DNA of 63,782 nucleotides, filler included, from Chiloscyllium plagiosum (Eukaryota), in the NCBI RefSeq assembly GCF_004010195.1. It is 4 parts of one record of this genome, joined end to end, with 100 filler letters (N's around TTAATTAATTAA, not from the genome) between each part and the next. Parts side by side here need not be neighbours in the genome. Positions count along the whole stretch, not along the records: positions 7,886 to 32,619 come from NC_057711.1; 3 more parts are not named here. One strand, 5' to 3'. Made by a program: the position numbers and the translations under genes. The stretch's first letter is position 1, and every line of letters begins with the position of its first letter. Positions 13,841-25,076 of this stretch are shown in pieces. Under the pieces are notes generated by a model, which saw nothing but the letters and a program-made list of their open reading frames with translations, searched no databases and was not told where the DNA came from.

Positions 13841-15029
13841 CCAGAAGGCATAATCTCAGAATAAGGGTTTGCACATTGAGAAAGAGAGATGAGAAGAATT
13901 TTTTTTCAATCTCAGAGGATTTTGAACCTGTAGAATTATTTGCCACAGACGGCTCTCGACACTGGGTCATTAAGTATATTCAAGTCTAAGATAGACAGAT
14001 TTTAAACTAATGTCAAAAAGTGTAGCGCTGGAAAAGCACAGCCGGTCAGGCAACATCCGAGGAGCAGGAGAGTCAACATTTCAAGCATAAGCTCTTCATC
14101 AGGAAGAGATTTTTAATTAGTCAGGGAATCCAAGCATTATATGGATCAGCCTGGTGAACTTCCTCTGGGCTGCCTCCAATGCCAGAATGTCTTTCCTTAG
14201 ATAAGGAAGAGTGACCATGAAACCATCATCCACTGCTGTAAAAACTCTTCTGGTCCATTAATATTATTCTGGAGATCTGCCATCATTTCCTGCTGTCGCC
14301 CAGTTGACTCTCGACCCACAGTAGTGTAGCTGCCTGTTCACTTTCCTTAAAGGGCTTGTAGAGATGGGCAACAAATGCTGGCATTGCTGATGGCACCTGC
14401 AACCTCGGAAAGAGTGAATAGTCAAAAAAATAAAAGTGGCACACTTTGAAAATGTGAAGTCCCCCACTTGATATTAATATGGTGAACTTCTCCATTCAAG
14501 AGAGTTCTAGCTTTGTGGCATTCTTTTCCCCAAACCAGATTATGGGCCATGGAATTAATTCAAGGCTGAAGCAGATTTTTGATCAACAAGAGACTCTGGG
14601 GAAAGACAGTAAATTGAAGTTGATTCCACAATCAGATCAGCATGATCTTATTAAACAGTGGAGCTTGGTGGGGGGTTATGGGGGTTGGTGGGCAGAGGGG
14701 CAAATGGCCTATTCCTGCCTCTAGTTCTTGTACACAGTCCAAGGGCAAACTATTTCAAATGGACTTTTAAGGAAAGTGCAATAAAATGTAACATTTCTGT
14801 CCATAAAGCCTGTCCCACACTGACTTGCCTCAGTGCAATTTCAGTTCTCTTGATGTCCACCATGTATAGTCCTGCTAAGGCATACAGACAGAGGGAATCT
14901 ACAATTTCCAGCACCTTCATGTATTAAGGCAGGAAGACCTCAGAGATCAACAGTTCCCCACTGTATCTCTGTGTCTCTCAGCACATAGTCCTGGACCTTA
15001 GAATATCACAGGCTATGCTATTTACCCAA

Positions 15030-15690
15030 GGACAACTCCCACATGAAGACCAGCAGGTTCAGGGCAGTCTAAATAGCATTTTTCTGTTCTTGAAGCCACC
15101 CATTGATTAAAACTGCAGTGTGAGGTTTGTGGACAGCCCTTGGACCCAGTGGCAGATTTATTCCCCAAACCTGAATTTGGAGAGCACATTGATCATGTCA
15201 ATGGATGGTATTCTGTCAGAGGCCTTCTCTTGGTCCAGGATGATAAGACAGCTGCTCATCACCTTGTCCTGCACATATCTTTGAAGCAGCGCAAGGTTCT
15301 CAGAGACAAACATAGTGTAGGTTTGATCAGGATGTACCACCAACTCTAGAGTAGTCTCGAGTCAATTAGCAGTGACCTTGAATAGAATTTTTGTTGTCCA
15401 GATACAGCAGTGAGTTAAGCTGCCAATATCTAATTTCATCCCTCTCCCCTTTGACCTTGTACATGAGGATGATGATGATGATGCCTTTCCTCATGGATTG
15501 GGATATGCTGCTGGCCAGAAACAGGCATTCGCACACCTCCGGCAAAGTCATACTGATCACAAGTCTCACAGAGACAAGGTGACCCTGGCCTGTAAGCCAG
15601 CATTGTTAGGGATTTTACCCTTCTCAAGGTATTTGATGCCCTTAGTGAGCTCATCCAGAGTTAATGTCCCATTCGGCTCCCCATCATGGT
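15030..15690 (-). mobile_element. Decayed Tx1/L1-like reverse transcriptase fragment
   Basis: ORFs 15158-15343 (LIILDQEKASDRI..VLSKFRFGE) and 15366-15569 (SMRKGII..YK.KGERDEIRYW..SLL..D.K) match L1/Tx1 RT motifs LDQEKAFDR and W.PISLL. Confidence 0.75.
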
Positions 15691-16966
15691 CTTTAGGCTG
15701 AAAGATTCTCGGAGGCCACTGAGACAAAGAGCAAAGCTTACTGGCTGTTGTCTCTCAGAGATCCTCCTTGTCATTGACCTGCAGGCAGAGCAGATTCCAC
15801 GTGCATTTTTCGAGTTGGCACACCTCCCTCGGTTCCCCTCTCGCCTTTTGAATGTCATTGAGATTGACGTTCACCTTGATTGCCTCCCACCAGAGTCAAC
15901 TACTATTTCGTTGTAAAAGATCAATTATCTTTAGTTGACCTAGAAAAATAATTTCAGGCTCTTCTGAAGTTGAAGAGATAACAATCAAAATCAAGGTGAC
16001 CGTAATTATTTGTTCCATTGGATCTACTAGAAAAATGGTGTGGCTTCACTTATTAAGAGACAACTGAATAGCTATCTCATTTTCTCAATAGCCCTTGTAC
16101 TCTGAACCCTGTATATTCTTTTAACGCTTTTACATAACGCAGGGGGCAAGAAAAGCTACTGTGCCAAGGACTGATGCAGCTTTAAGGCACTTCCCTCCTG
16201 CTATTCATAAACAGCTAGTAGCACGCTGTCTGGCAATTCACAGTTTGTCAACAAAGATTTGTTCATTCTTACAAAGGCTTGATTTATTTTACTCTACCCT
16301 GACCTTCTTGTCAGCTTTAAATGTGAGTTAGAGACATCAAGCAGGTTTAAGCAGGCCCTTTCCTCATAGTTTTGTTAAAAATAACAAGTCAATCAAGAGA
16401 AACAATTAAAATTGTAATTAATTCACAGCCAACCCTTTGGAGGATGGTGGCAATGTTTCCAGAAAACACTGTACCAGAGCTTGGAATGAAAAGAACATAT
16501 TCCTATTATTCTATCACTGATCCCTTAGGGACTGTTCCATTGTGAAGGGGTATGTGCATTCTCATCATTTGGAATCAACTGTGCAAGGCGCCAGCTTTTC
16601 TCGGATCGCTGTGTTCCAAATGTTATTTTTTTGATTTTGGCTTCATCGCTCTGCCAGAATGATGTTATAATTTATCACTGTTTATTATTGTTGCTGCCAA
16701 AATTAGTGGGATATGGAGTAGACTCTGAGGTGAAGCAGATAATTCTTTCAAAAGCAAGCTGAGTAAGAATGTGCAAAAAATGCAATTGAATGTCGCAGGA
16801 ATGTACAGGCTGGGAAAAGATACTGCATGGAATGGAAGCTCTTGAAGTCATTGAAATATCACAGTGCAATATTACTTTAATAATCTCCTGTGATTAGCAT
16901 GTTCCATTTATTAGATTAGTAGTCTACATGCCTGAGCTAGAAGGGACAAATTAATACCACTTGTAG

Positions 16967-17780
16967 ATGCATCTGTTTGGCATCTTTTTCTTCATGCTCC
17001 TGACCTTTGCCTTCACTGTAAATATGGAAGGAGTCTACTTGCACACTGGGTCAGATGTCAGGCTCTGGAATCTATCGAGACTGAAAGCGAAGATGAAAAC
17101 ACATCATGCCTTGATCAGTGCACTCCTTTACGTCAACTCTGCTGTGCTAATCGCCCAAATGGAAATTCTGCAACAAAATCTCCTCCAACAGAAATTCCTG
17201 GACTGTTCCTCCCATGTCAGTAACACAGTCCTCCTCTCAAGAAGTACCAAGAAAGCCATGGTCATGAGACAAAGGATGTCTGCCTCAATCACACTAAATA
17301 ACACACTGCTGAGCCGATTCTCCTACCTCTAGTTCATGGCTGGGGACAATATTTCTGTTAATCCAGAGCTTGGTACAAGTGTAGGGAAAGCAGCCACTGA
17401 CTTACCGAATGAGCAAGGGAATAATACAAGCTGGATCTGAAAACCAAGCCTGTTTTCTGACATCTTGTTACATGGCTTTGGAACATTGCTGACAGACAGC
17501 AATAACGAAAGGAGCTGAGTTAATTTATGTCTTTGCTGTCTACGATGCATATTGCAGTTTTTCCTGACATAACAAACTCAAATTCAGATCTCCTAGATTG
17601 GTTGGCATTCTATGTTGATGATTATGTTGGCTCGGGTACATAAACAGGATGACAGATTATTGCATCTCAGTTAGGATTAGGTAACAAGAGCGAGATATAA
17701 CATTAGCTCCCAGACATCAGTTATCACATCTAGGAATCACGAGCTGACAACAAAGGAAACTGGCAACAACTCTATGGACT
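16967..17780 (+). mobile_element. Decayed RTE/BovB-type LINE RT fragment
   Basis: LFGIFFFMLLTFAF..EGVYLHTGSD.RLWNLSRLKAKMK..LLY.NSA.LIA is the RTE-clade RT signature. Confidence 0.75.
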
Positions 17781-18196
17781 GGTGTCTGCCTTCACCATGA
17801 CCAGATGTTACCACTTAAGTTTAATGATGATTCCTCCACTCAAGCACCATAGATTGATTTCCATGGGGAAATGATGTAAATATCATGAAATACATCTTGC
17901 TACATTTCTACTGATCGCCTAACGATTATGAGAGTACCAATATTAGTAATGGTGATGCCACCATTAGATGGAATTACTGACTTCGCTGGATTAGCTGGTG
18001 TAGTGCAATGGCCTTTCCAGTGTCCGATTCAACCTGAGGCTAGCCAGATGCAAACAGTTTTGACTGTCCTGTGAGGAGGAAGGAAACTGCTGCTGTTACA
18101 ATACAATGAAATTGCAATTAATCAAATCTGGAGAAGCCAAAAAACCGAGTCTGGTGAAGTTGTCAGCATTCCCACCAGCAGACTATGAAATCAGTA

Positions 18197-18557
18197 CAGT
18201 CGCGCCTCGACTTACGAACTTAATCCGTTCCAGGACCCGGTTCACGCGAACTGAATCAATTTTTCCCATTGTTCGGATAGCGTAAGAATGCTTGGACGTA
18301 GCAACGAACGCTGATCACAGCGCATGCGCCAAAGACGAACTGAATGAGATCACACGGGGCCCAAGAGCTTTTGTGTTCAACAAGCGCGTGGCAAAGCAGA
18401 ACAATGAAACCACGTGGTCGCACACGGGCTTTTTGCATTCATACCTTCGTTCGTACCTTGAATTTCATACCTACGTTAAAGCAAAACTTTACTGACAATC
18501 CTGTTCGTAAACCAATTTGTTCATGAACGGGGCCGTTCGTATGTCGAGGCACTACTG
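18197..18557. mobile_element. Tigger/pogo-type (Tc1/mariner) MITE
   Basis: TA target duplication (18195-18196 and 18558-18559) and imperfect TIRs CAGTCGCGCCTCGACTTACGAAC / GTTCGTATGTCGAGGCACTACTG. 361 bp, no transposase ORF. Confidence 0.85.
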
Positions 18558-18779
18558 TACGATAAACCACAATCCTTTGTTGGCAACTCTGGATTAGCTG
18601 AACTTGTTCAGACTTGACATATTACCAAGCCACCCATCCAGAGCAGAGTTTGGCCACACCAGAATGCAGAGTCATAGTCAATCTATCACTTGTCATCGCG
18701 ATCTCTCTGTGAGAGACTTTGAAACCCTGCAAATCCGGATAAACCGGTGAGAAAAGTCAAAGTGCTGTCGATCAGAGAG

Positions 18780-19300
18780 AAAGTGAAGTGGAAGCAGGCA
18801 GGCTGGGTCACAAGGAATTTGATTTTTCAAGATCAGACATGGCATCATCTTCTATGCAGCAGGCAGTAAGGCTGTGCCATCTCCAACAGCAATGACAGAC
18901 ATTGCCTGCAATCATGTTTCACCCACTTCCTGAGTAAGTATACAACAAGAGACATTTTGAACGTCTTGCAATAGATTGTTCTTCAGTATTTAACGAAGCA
19001 ACAGAATGTGTCACTGCTATGGTCTGTGCCAACATGGATGGCACTGAAATGCTCCAGTTCTTATGATTGGAAAGTCCCAGAAGCCAGGTTGCTTTGCAAT
19101 GTCCAAATACTACCCAGAAAGTACGAGACTTACAAAACATGAGACATGGATCAGGGAAAAGAACACAATGTACCGGTCGAACAAAAGTAAGGTGACCATC
19201 ATGATAGAAAACTGCCCCTCGCTGCCTGACTTCACTTCCCTGAGTGACTCCCAACAGCACAGCCAGGCTCCAGCAAATGGGTAAGAGGTGAATAGGAACC
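18780..19300 (+). pseudogene. pogo/Tigger (CENP-B HTH plus DDE) transposase remnant
   Basis: FKIRHGIIF at about 18826 (HTH end), VTAMVCANMDGTE / MIGKSQKPGCF at about 19005-19100, and KVTIMIENCP at about 19190-19215. Frameshifted and deleted. Confidence 0.75.
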
Positions 19301-19364
19301 TGAAATCAACTACCTATTCCAACTGATGACTCAAGTTCTGAAGACCATCCCTACATAGCAGAAG

Positions 19365-19596
19365 GAGTTGAAAAGGGTGGCGCTGGAAAAGCACAGCAGG
19401 TCAGGCAGCATCTGAGGAGCAGGCGAGTCGATGTTTCAGGCACAAGCCTTTCATCAGGAATGCCATTCCGGAGGAAGGGCTTATGCTCGAAACATCAACT
19501 CTCCTGCTCCTCAGATGCTGCCTGACCTGTTGTGCTTTTCCAGTGCCACCCTTTTCAACATTGACTCTTCAGCATCTGCATTCCTCACTTTCTTCT
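19365..19596. mobile_element. Fold-back Penelope pLTR insertion
   Basis: Inverted arms meeting at degenerate hammerhead cores; TSD ccctac(a/g)tagcagaag (19349-19364 and 19597-19612). Confidence 0.75.
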
Positions 19597-20399
19597 CCCT
19601 ACGTAGCAGAAGTACAACTCAGCTGTTGGACAGCCCACATTCATGATGGTGAAGACTTTGAAGAAGATGACACTGGCCAAACTGGCCACCTGCTTCAAAT
19701 GGCCACCAGATGCCAAGAATGACAAGGAGTAGAGTGAGGCCAACCCACCCAACGATGAAGCTTCTTTTGTTTCTCTGCAGGAGGCCAGTCTGGAAGTTCC
19801 AATAGAGAACTACACCAAGATAGAAGGCACGTAATATTGCACGACAGAGCTAATATAAGGCAATCGTAAAAGCAGCACATTCTTCAAGCAAGGAGCCTGT
19901 TGACCCTGAAGACTCTGGTGAATGGTCGGCTGCTCACTTGCCTGTTTCCCCAGTTGAGCCATAAAGCCCACAGAGATGCCCTGGATTTTTGTATTGCAGA
20001 ATATAAACTGACTTCAATGCATGGACAACACAGCAGACTCTTATTTGAAGCCAGTTCAGCTGACTGCCGACATTGTCTTTCACAAGACCAAGAAGCTGGG
20101 AAGTGTAAATAAATTGAAAAATAAAGATACTTGCCTGCATCTTTGTGGTTGACCTTTCTTTGACATTGAGCTGGCTACTGTGTGAACGGGGTTACACTGG
20201 AACTCCCTCAGCCATCTCAAAGCTGCACTGAACATGAGTTTGTCTGCAGGTTATGGTTCCACTGTAAAATGGTGAGTTACCATTTTAACAACAGCAAGTG
20301 TGACCCACTGGATCCATTCCTCGGGGGGGGGGGGGGGGGATTGTATGCAATGGTCTGCAATTAATTGCAATCATGCTGGGAAGGGACCTCGCGATTTTT

Positions 20400-23300
20400 A
20401 ACCCGTGTTACAGATTGCATAAATCAGTTGGAGAGCAGTTAGAGGCACTGAGAAATTTACAGGATCTTAGGAGTGTAAATGATAGGAAGAGAGAAAAACC
20501 ACAGATACAGTCAGGTATTTGGGTTAGATTAGATTCCCTACTGTGTGGAAACAGGCCCTTCGGCTCAACAAGCCCACACCGACCCTCCAAACAGTAACCC
20601 ACCCAGACCAAATTTCCTCTAACTAATGCATCTAACACTCTGGGCAGTTTAGCATGGCCAATTCACCTGCCTGCACATCTTTAGACTGTGGGAGGAAACT
20701 GGAACACCCAAGGAAACCCATGCAGACACAGGGAGAATGTGCAAATACCACACGGACAGTCGCCTGAGGCTGGAATTGAACCTAGGGCCATGGTGCTGTG
20801 AGGCAGCAGTGCTAACCACTGAGCCACCGTGCCAGTCTGTTACCTCCAGAAGAGGTAGGAGAGGGAGAAAGGTAGTGCAGAAGTCTCCTGTGGCTATCCC
20901 AATCTTAACCAATTTTGCTGTTATGGAAAATGATGGACTCTCAGGAGAATGTAGCACGAACAGCCAAGTTTCTGGTACCAAGAATGGCTCTATTGTAACA
21001 AGGGATATGCCATCTCCCAAGCATTCGATTGTGATTGGGGACTCGTCAGAGGCACATTCAGACGTTTCTACAGCCATCAGTGAAAAACCAGAACAGTGTC
21101 TTTCCTCCCTTGTGTCAGGATAAAGGATATCTTGGAGAGTGCAAAATATTCTTGAAGGGGAGTGAGACCAGCAGGAAATCATTGCACACATTGGAAATAA
21201 CAAAATAGGAAGGAAAAAGGATGAGATTCTGAAGGGAAAATATAGGAAGCGAGGCAGGAATTTAAAAAAAAGGTCCTTGAGGGTAGTAATATCTGGATTA
21301 ATCCCAAAGCTGCGAGCTAGTGAGGGTAGGATTAGGAGGATAAAACAGATGAATGCATGGCTGAGGAGCTGGTGTATGGGAGAAGGGTTCACAGTTTTGG
21401 GTCATTGGAATCCCTTCTTGGGTAGAGATAACCGGTACAAGAAGGACAGATTGCACCTGAATTGGAAGGGGACTAATATACTGGCAGGGAGATTTGCTCG
21501 AGCTGCTCGGGAGGAGGGGGGGGTAGGTTGGTGGGGGGACCGAGGGAGATAGTGAGGAACGAGATCAATCTGACACTGGTGCAGTTGAGAAAAGGCACAA
21601 GTCAAACACTCCGGGCAGGCAGGGACAAAGCAGAGAACGAGGTCGGTCTGATTAATTAAACTGCATTTATTTCAATGCAACAAGCCTAACAGGGAAAACA
21701 GATGACCTCAGGGCATGGTAAAGAACATGGGACTGGGATATCATAGCAATTACAGAGACGTGGCTCAGGGATGGGCAGGACTGGCAGCTTAATGTTTCAA
21801 GATACAAATGCTTTAAGAAGGATAGAAAGGGGGCCAAGAGATTAGGGGGAGCAGCATTTTTGATAAGGGATAGCATTACAGCTGTACTTATGGAGGCTGT
21901 TCCTTGGAATACGTCCTGGGAGGTTATTTGGGTGGACGGAGAAAGAAGAAAGGCATGATCACCTTACTGGGATTGTATTATAGACCCCCCAATAATTAGC
22001 AGGAAAATGAGACACAAATTTGTAAGGAGATCTCATTTACCTTTAAGATTAATAGGGTGGTTATGGTAGGAGGTTTTAACTTTCCAAGCATCGACTAGGA
22101 CTGCCATAGTGTTAAGGGTTTAGATGGAGAGCAATTTGTTAAGTGTGTACAAGAAAATTTTCTGATTCAGTATGTGGATTTTCCTACTAGAGAAGGTGCA
22201 AAACCTGGCCTATTCTTGGGAAATAAAGTAGGGCAGGAGACAGGTGTCAGTGGGGGAACACTTTGGGGCCAGCGACCATAATTCTATTCATTTTAAAATA
22301 GTGATGGAAAAGGATAGACCAGATCTAAAAGTCAAAGTTCTAAATTGGAGAAAGGCCAAATTTGACGGTATTCGGCAAGAACTTCCAACAGTTAATTGGG
22401 GGCAGGTGTTTGCAGTTAAAGGGATGGCTGGAAAGTGGGAAGCCTTCAGAAATGAGATAACGAGAGTCCAGAGACTGTATATTCCTGTCAGGGTGAAAGG
22501 AAAGGCCAGTAGGTTTAGGTAAAGCTGGATGACTTGAGAAATTGAGATTTTGGTTAAGAAAAAGAAGGAAGCGTATGTCAGGTACAGACATCAAAGATCA
22601 AGTGAATCCTTAGAAGAGTATAAATGCAGTAGAAGTACACTTAAGAGGGAAATCAGGAGGGAAAAGAGGGAATAGCTTTGGCAAATAGGGTTAAGGAGAA
22701 TCCGAACGGATTCTGTAAATATATTAAGGTCAAAATGGTAACTCGGAGAGAATAGGGTCCCTCAAAGATCAGCAAGCCAACCTTTGTGTGGAGTCGCAGG
22801 AGATGGGGAAGATACTAAACAAGTATTTTGCAAAAGTGTTTACTGTGGAGAAGGACATAGAAGATATGGAATGTGGCGAAATAGATGGTGACAGGATAGG
22901 ATAGTGAAGAAGGCAATCAGTATGGTTTCCTTTATTAGTCAGAGCATTAAGTATAGGTGTTGGGAGGTCATGTTGCAGCTGTACAGGACATTGGAATATT
23001 GTGTGGAATTCTGGTCTCCCTCCTATAGGAAGGATATTGTAAAACTTGAAAACATTCAGAAAAGATTTACAAGGATGTTGCCAGGGTTGAAGGGCTTGAA
23101 CTATAGGGAGAGGCTGAGTAGGCTGGGGCTATTTTCCCTGGAGCGTCAGAGGCTGAGGAGTGACCTTACTGTGGTTAATTAAATCATGAGAGGCAAGGAT
23201 AGGGTAAATAGACAGTGTATTTTCCCTGGGGGAGTCTATAACCAGAGGGCATAGGTTTAGGGTGAGAGAGGAAAGATTTAAAAGGACTAAAGGGGCAACC

Positions 23301-23520
23301 TTTTCACACAGAGGGTGGTGCATGTGTGGAATGAGCTACCGGAGGAAATGACTGAGGCTGGTTTGACGACAACATCAAAAAAGCATCTGAATGGGTATGT
23401 GAACAGGGAGGGTATGGGCCAAGTGCTGGCAAATGGGACTAGATTAATTTAGGATATCTGGTCGGCATGGGCGATTTGGACCGAAGGGTCTGTTTCCCTG
23501 CTGTACATCTTTATGACTCG
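20400..23520 (+). mobile_element. CR1 LINE, long and internally deleted: ORF1 (SGNH esterase), APE endonuclease, RT C-terminus, 3' UTR
   Basis: ORF1 motifs VIGDS, RVVISGLIP and HLNWKGT. Endonuclease region IAITETWL and GEHFGASDHNSI. An abrupt jump at about 22895 to the RT C-terminus (LEYCVEFWSP) removes most of the RT. Confidence 0.9.
20523..20833 (-). mobile_element. HE1/V-SINE nested in CR1 ORF1
   Basis: Full-length reverse copy, from the ttagattaga tail to the ggcacggtggctcagtggttagc head. Confidence 0.85.
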
Positions 23521-24909
23521 AATAAGAAGATGTGGTCATATTACAAGTGTTTTGGTTGACTATAATTAGGCTATGATGAAACAAGCAGCTACTGCTGAAG
23601 CTTTGCACCTCCAATTTGTGAAAGTTAACAGTTAGTTATTCGTGCAGAAGTTCCACTTTGTTCTTTAAAACAGTTACTTAGCTTCCTTATCTCATAATGG
23701 AGAAAGGCATTGTTAATCAGTAATGCAGTAAACCATACAATCAGAAAGCAACTTGTTGATTTCTGATCTGTGTTAAAATAAAAACTGATCTGAATGACTT
23801 GCAGCGATTCCTGGCTACAAAGGTAAGCTCGCAGAGAGATCTGTGAATCCTATTGGAAAGTACAGAGAAGCGAACCTCAGGTAAAAAGAGTAGGATTGCC
23901 CTCCAAATTGATGCTGATCAGTTTGCCAACATTCTGCAGGTCCACTCCAGAGTTAAAGTGCAAATGTTTGATCTAGTATGATGTACCAGCTCCTGCTATG
24001 ATGGCAAAAACATGTTACAACTGAGTAGAAGTTGGGATGCCATACAGTGAGTACCATCTGTGCATGTGCAAGTAAGCCCAGTTAAGCATGCACAGAGTTC
24101 TCTTCTCATGATAATCTTTGTGAGACTGCTATAATGTAGGCTGTTATAATGTTCACTGCAGTTCTAACCTGTGTTGCAATGCACAGTTCAGCAGAGAATG
24201 CCTTCAATTGTCTAACCTCAAGAAGTGATCTTTGTAGCAAAGGTCCACAAATGAGTGCAAGTAGTGTAATTGCATTTCCCTGGAAATTATTTTGAAATAT
24301 TTGTTGCAAAATTCATTATAATGCTGAATGGATGTTTTCCAACTCTGTTTCTTGATCACTTGTCTACCCTAGATTTCCATAGACCTTCCCTCCCCAGTTT
24401 TCCATTGATCTTATGTACAAATTGCGATGTCACAACTCAGCAGTGACAAGACTTTGAAAATACTTCATTGACTATGAAGTGCATTGGGATGCTAATAAGA
24501 TTATGAAATACATAATATAAATGCAAATCTTTCTTTCTTCATTCTCCAATATTGCTGTAAAAAGAAGCATGTTGTTAAATCGTGTTGGCTTGGACTCAAT
24601 CAGGACATATGCAAGAATGTCAAAATCTCCAAATAAATTTCACAACAGTTTATGCTCCAAGGAAAAAAAGGTGTTCATTGACTGTTAAGTGAATTCAGAT
24701 TGGCCAGGGCTCCCCCAGCTCTCAGCTAATTCAGTCATGCTCAATCTCTCAACCTTCTTGCTACTTTAGACAACATTTTTGCTTGAATTTTATCACTGCG
24801 TCATCTTTGGTGATTTTTCCCAAGTCTGTTGAGCATCTCTGTGTTTGTTATAGTTTTGCATCTCACTCCTAGCTCCAGCTTCACATGAACTGAACTCGAT
24901 CTAACTCCA

Positions 24910-25076
24910 TAAAAACCAAAAGTACTGCAGATTGCTGGAAACCAGATATTGCTGGAAAATCTCAGCAGGTCTGGCAGCATCTGTGGAGAAAAATTGAACT
25001 TAACATTTTAGGTCCAGTGACCCTTCCTCAGAACCAGTTCTGTAGAAGGATCACTGGACTTGAAACATTAACTCTG
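24910..25076. mobile_element. Penelope-like pLTR family 3, fold-back with two degenerate hammerhead motifs
   Basis: TSD tctaactcca (24900-24909 and 25077-25086). gtt CTGTAGA a ggatc actg gactt GAA acat t aac at 25037-25072, with an inverse copy at about 25000-25034. Confidence 0.65.

Noticed and set aside
20649..21392. 247-aa minus-strand ORF
   Set aside because: Antisense frame over CR1 ORF1 and a nested SINE.
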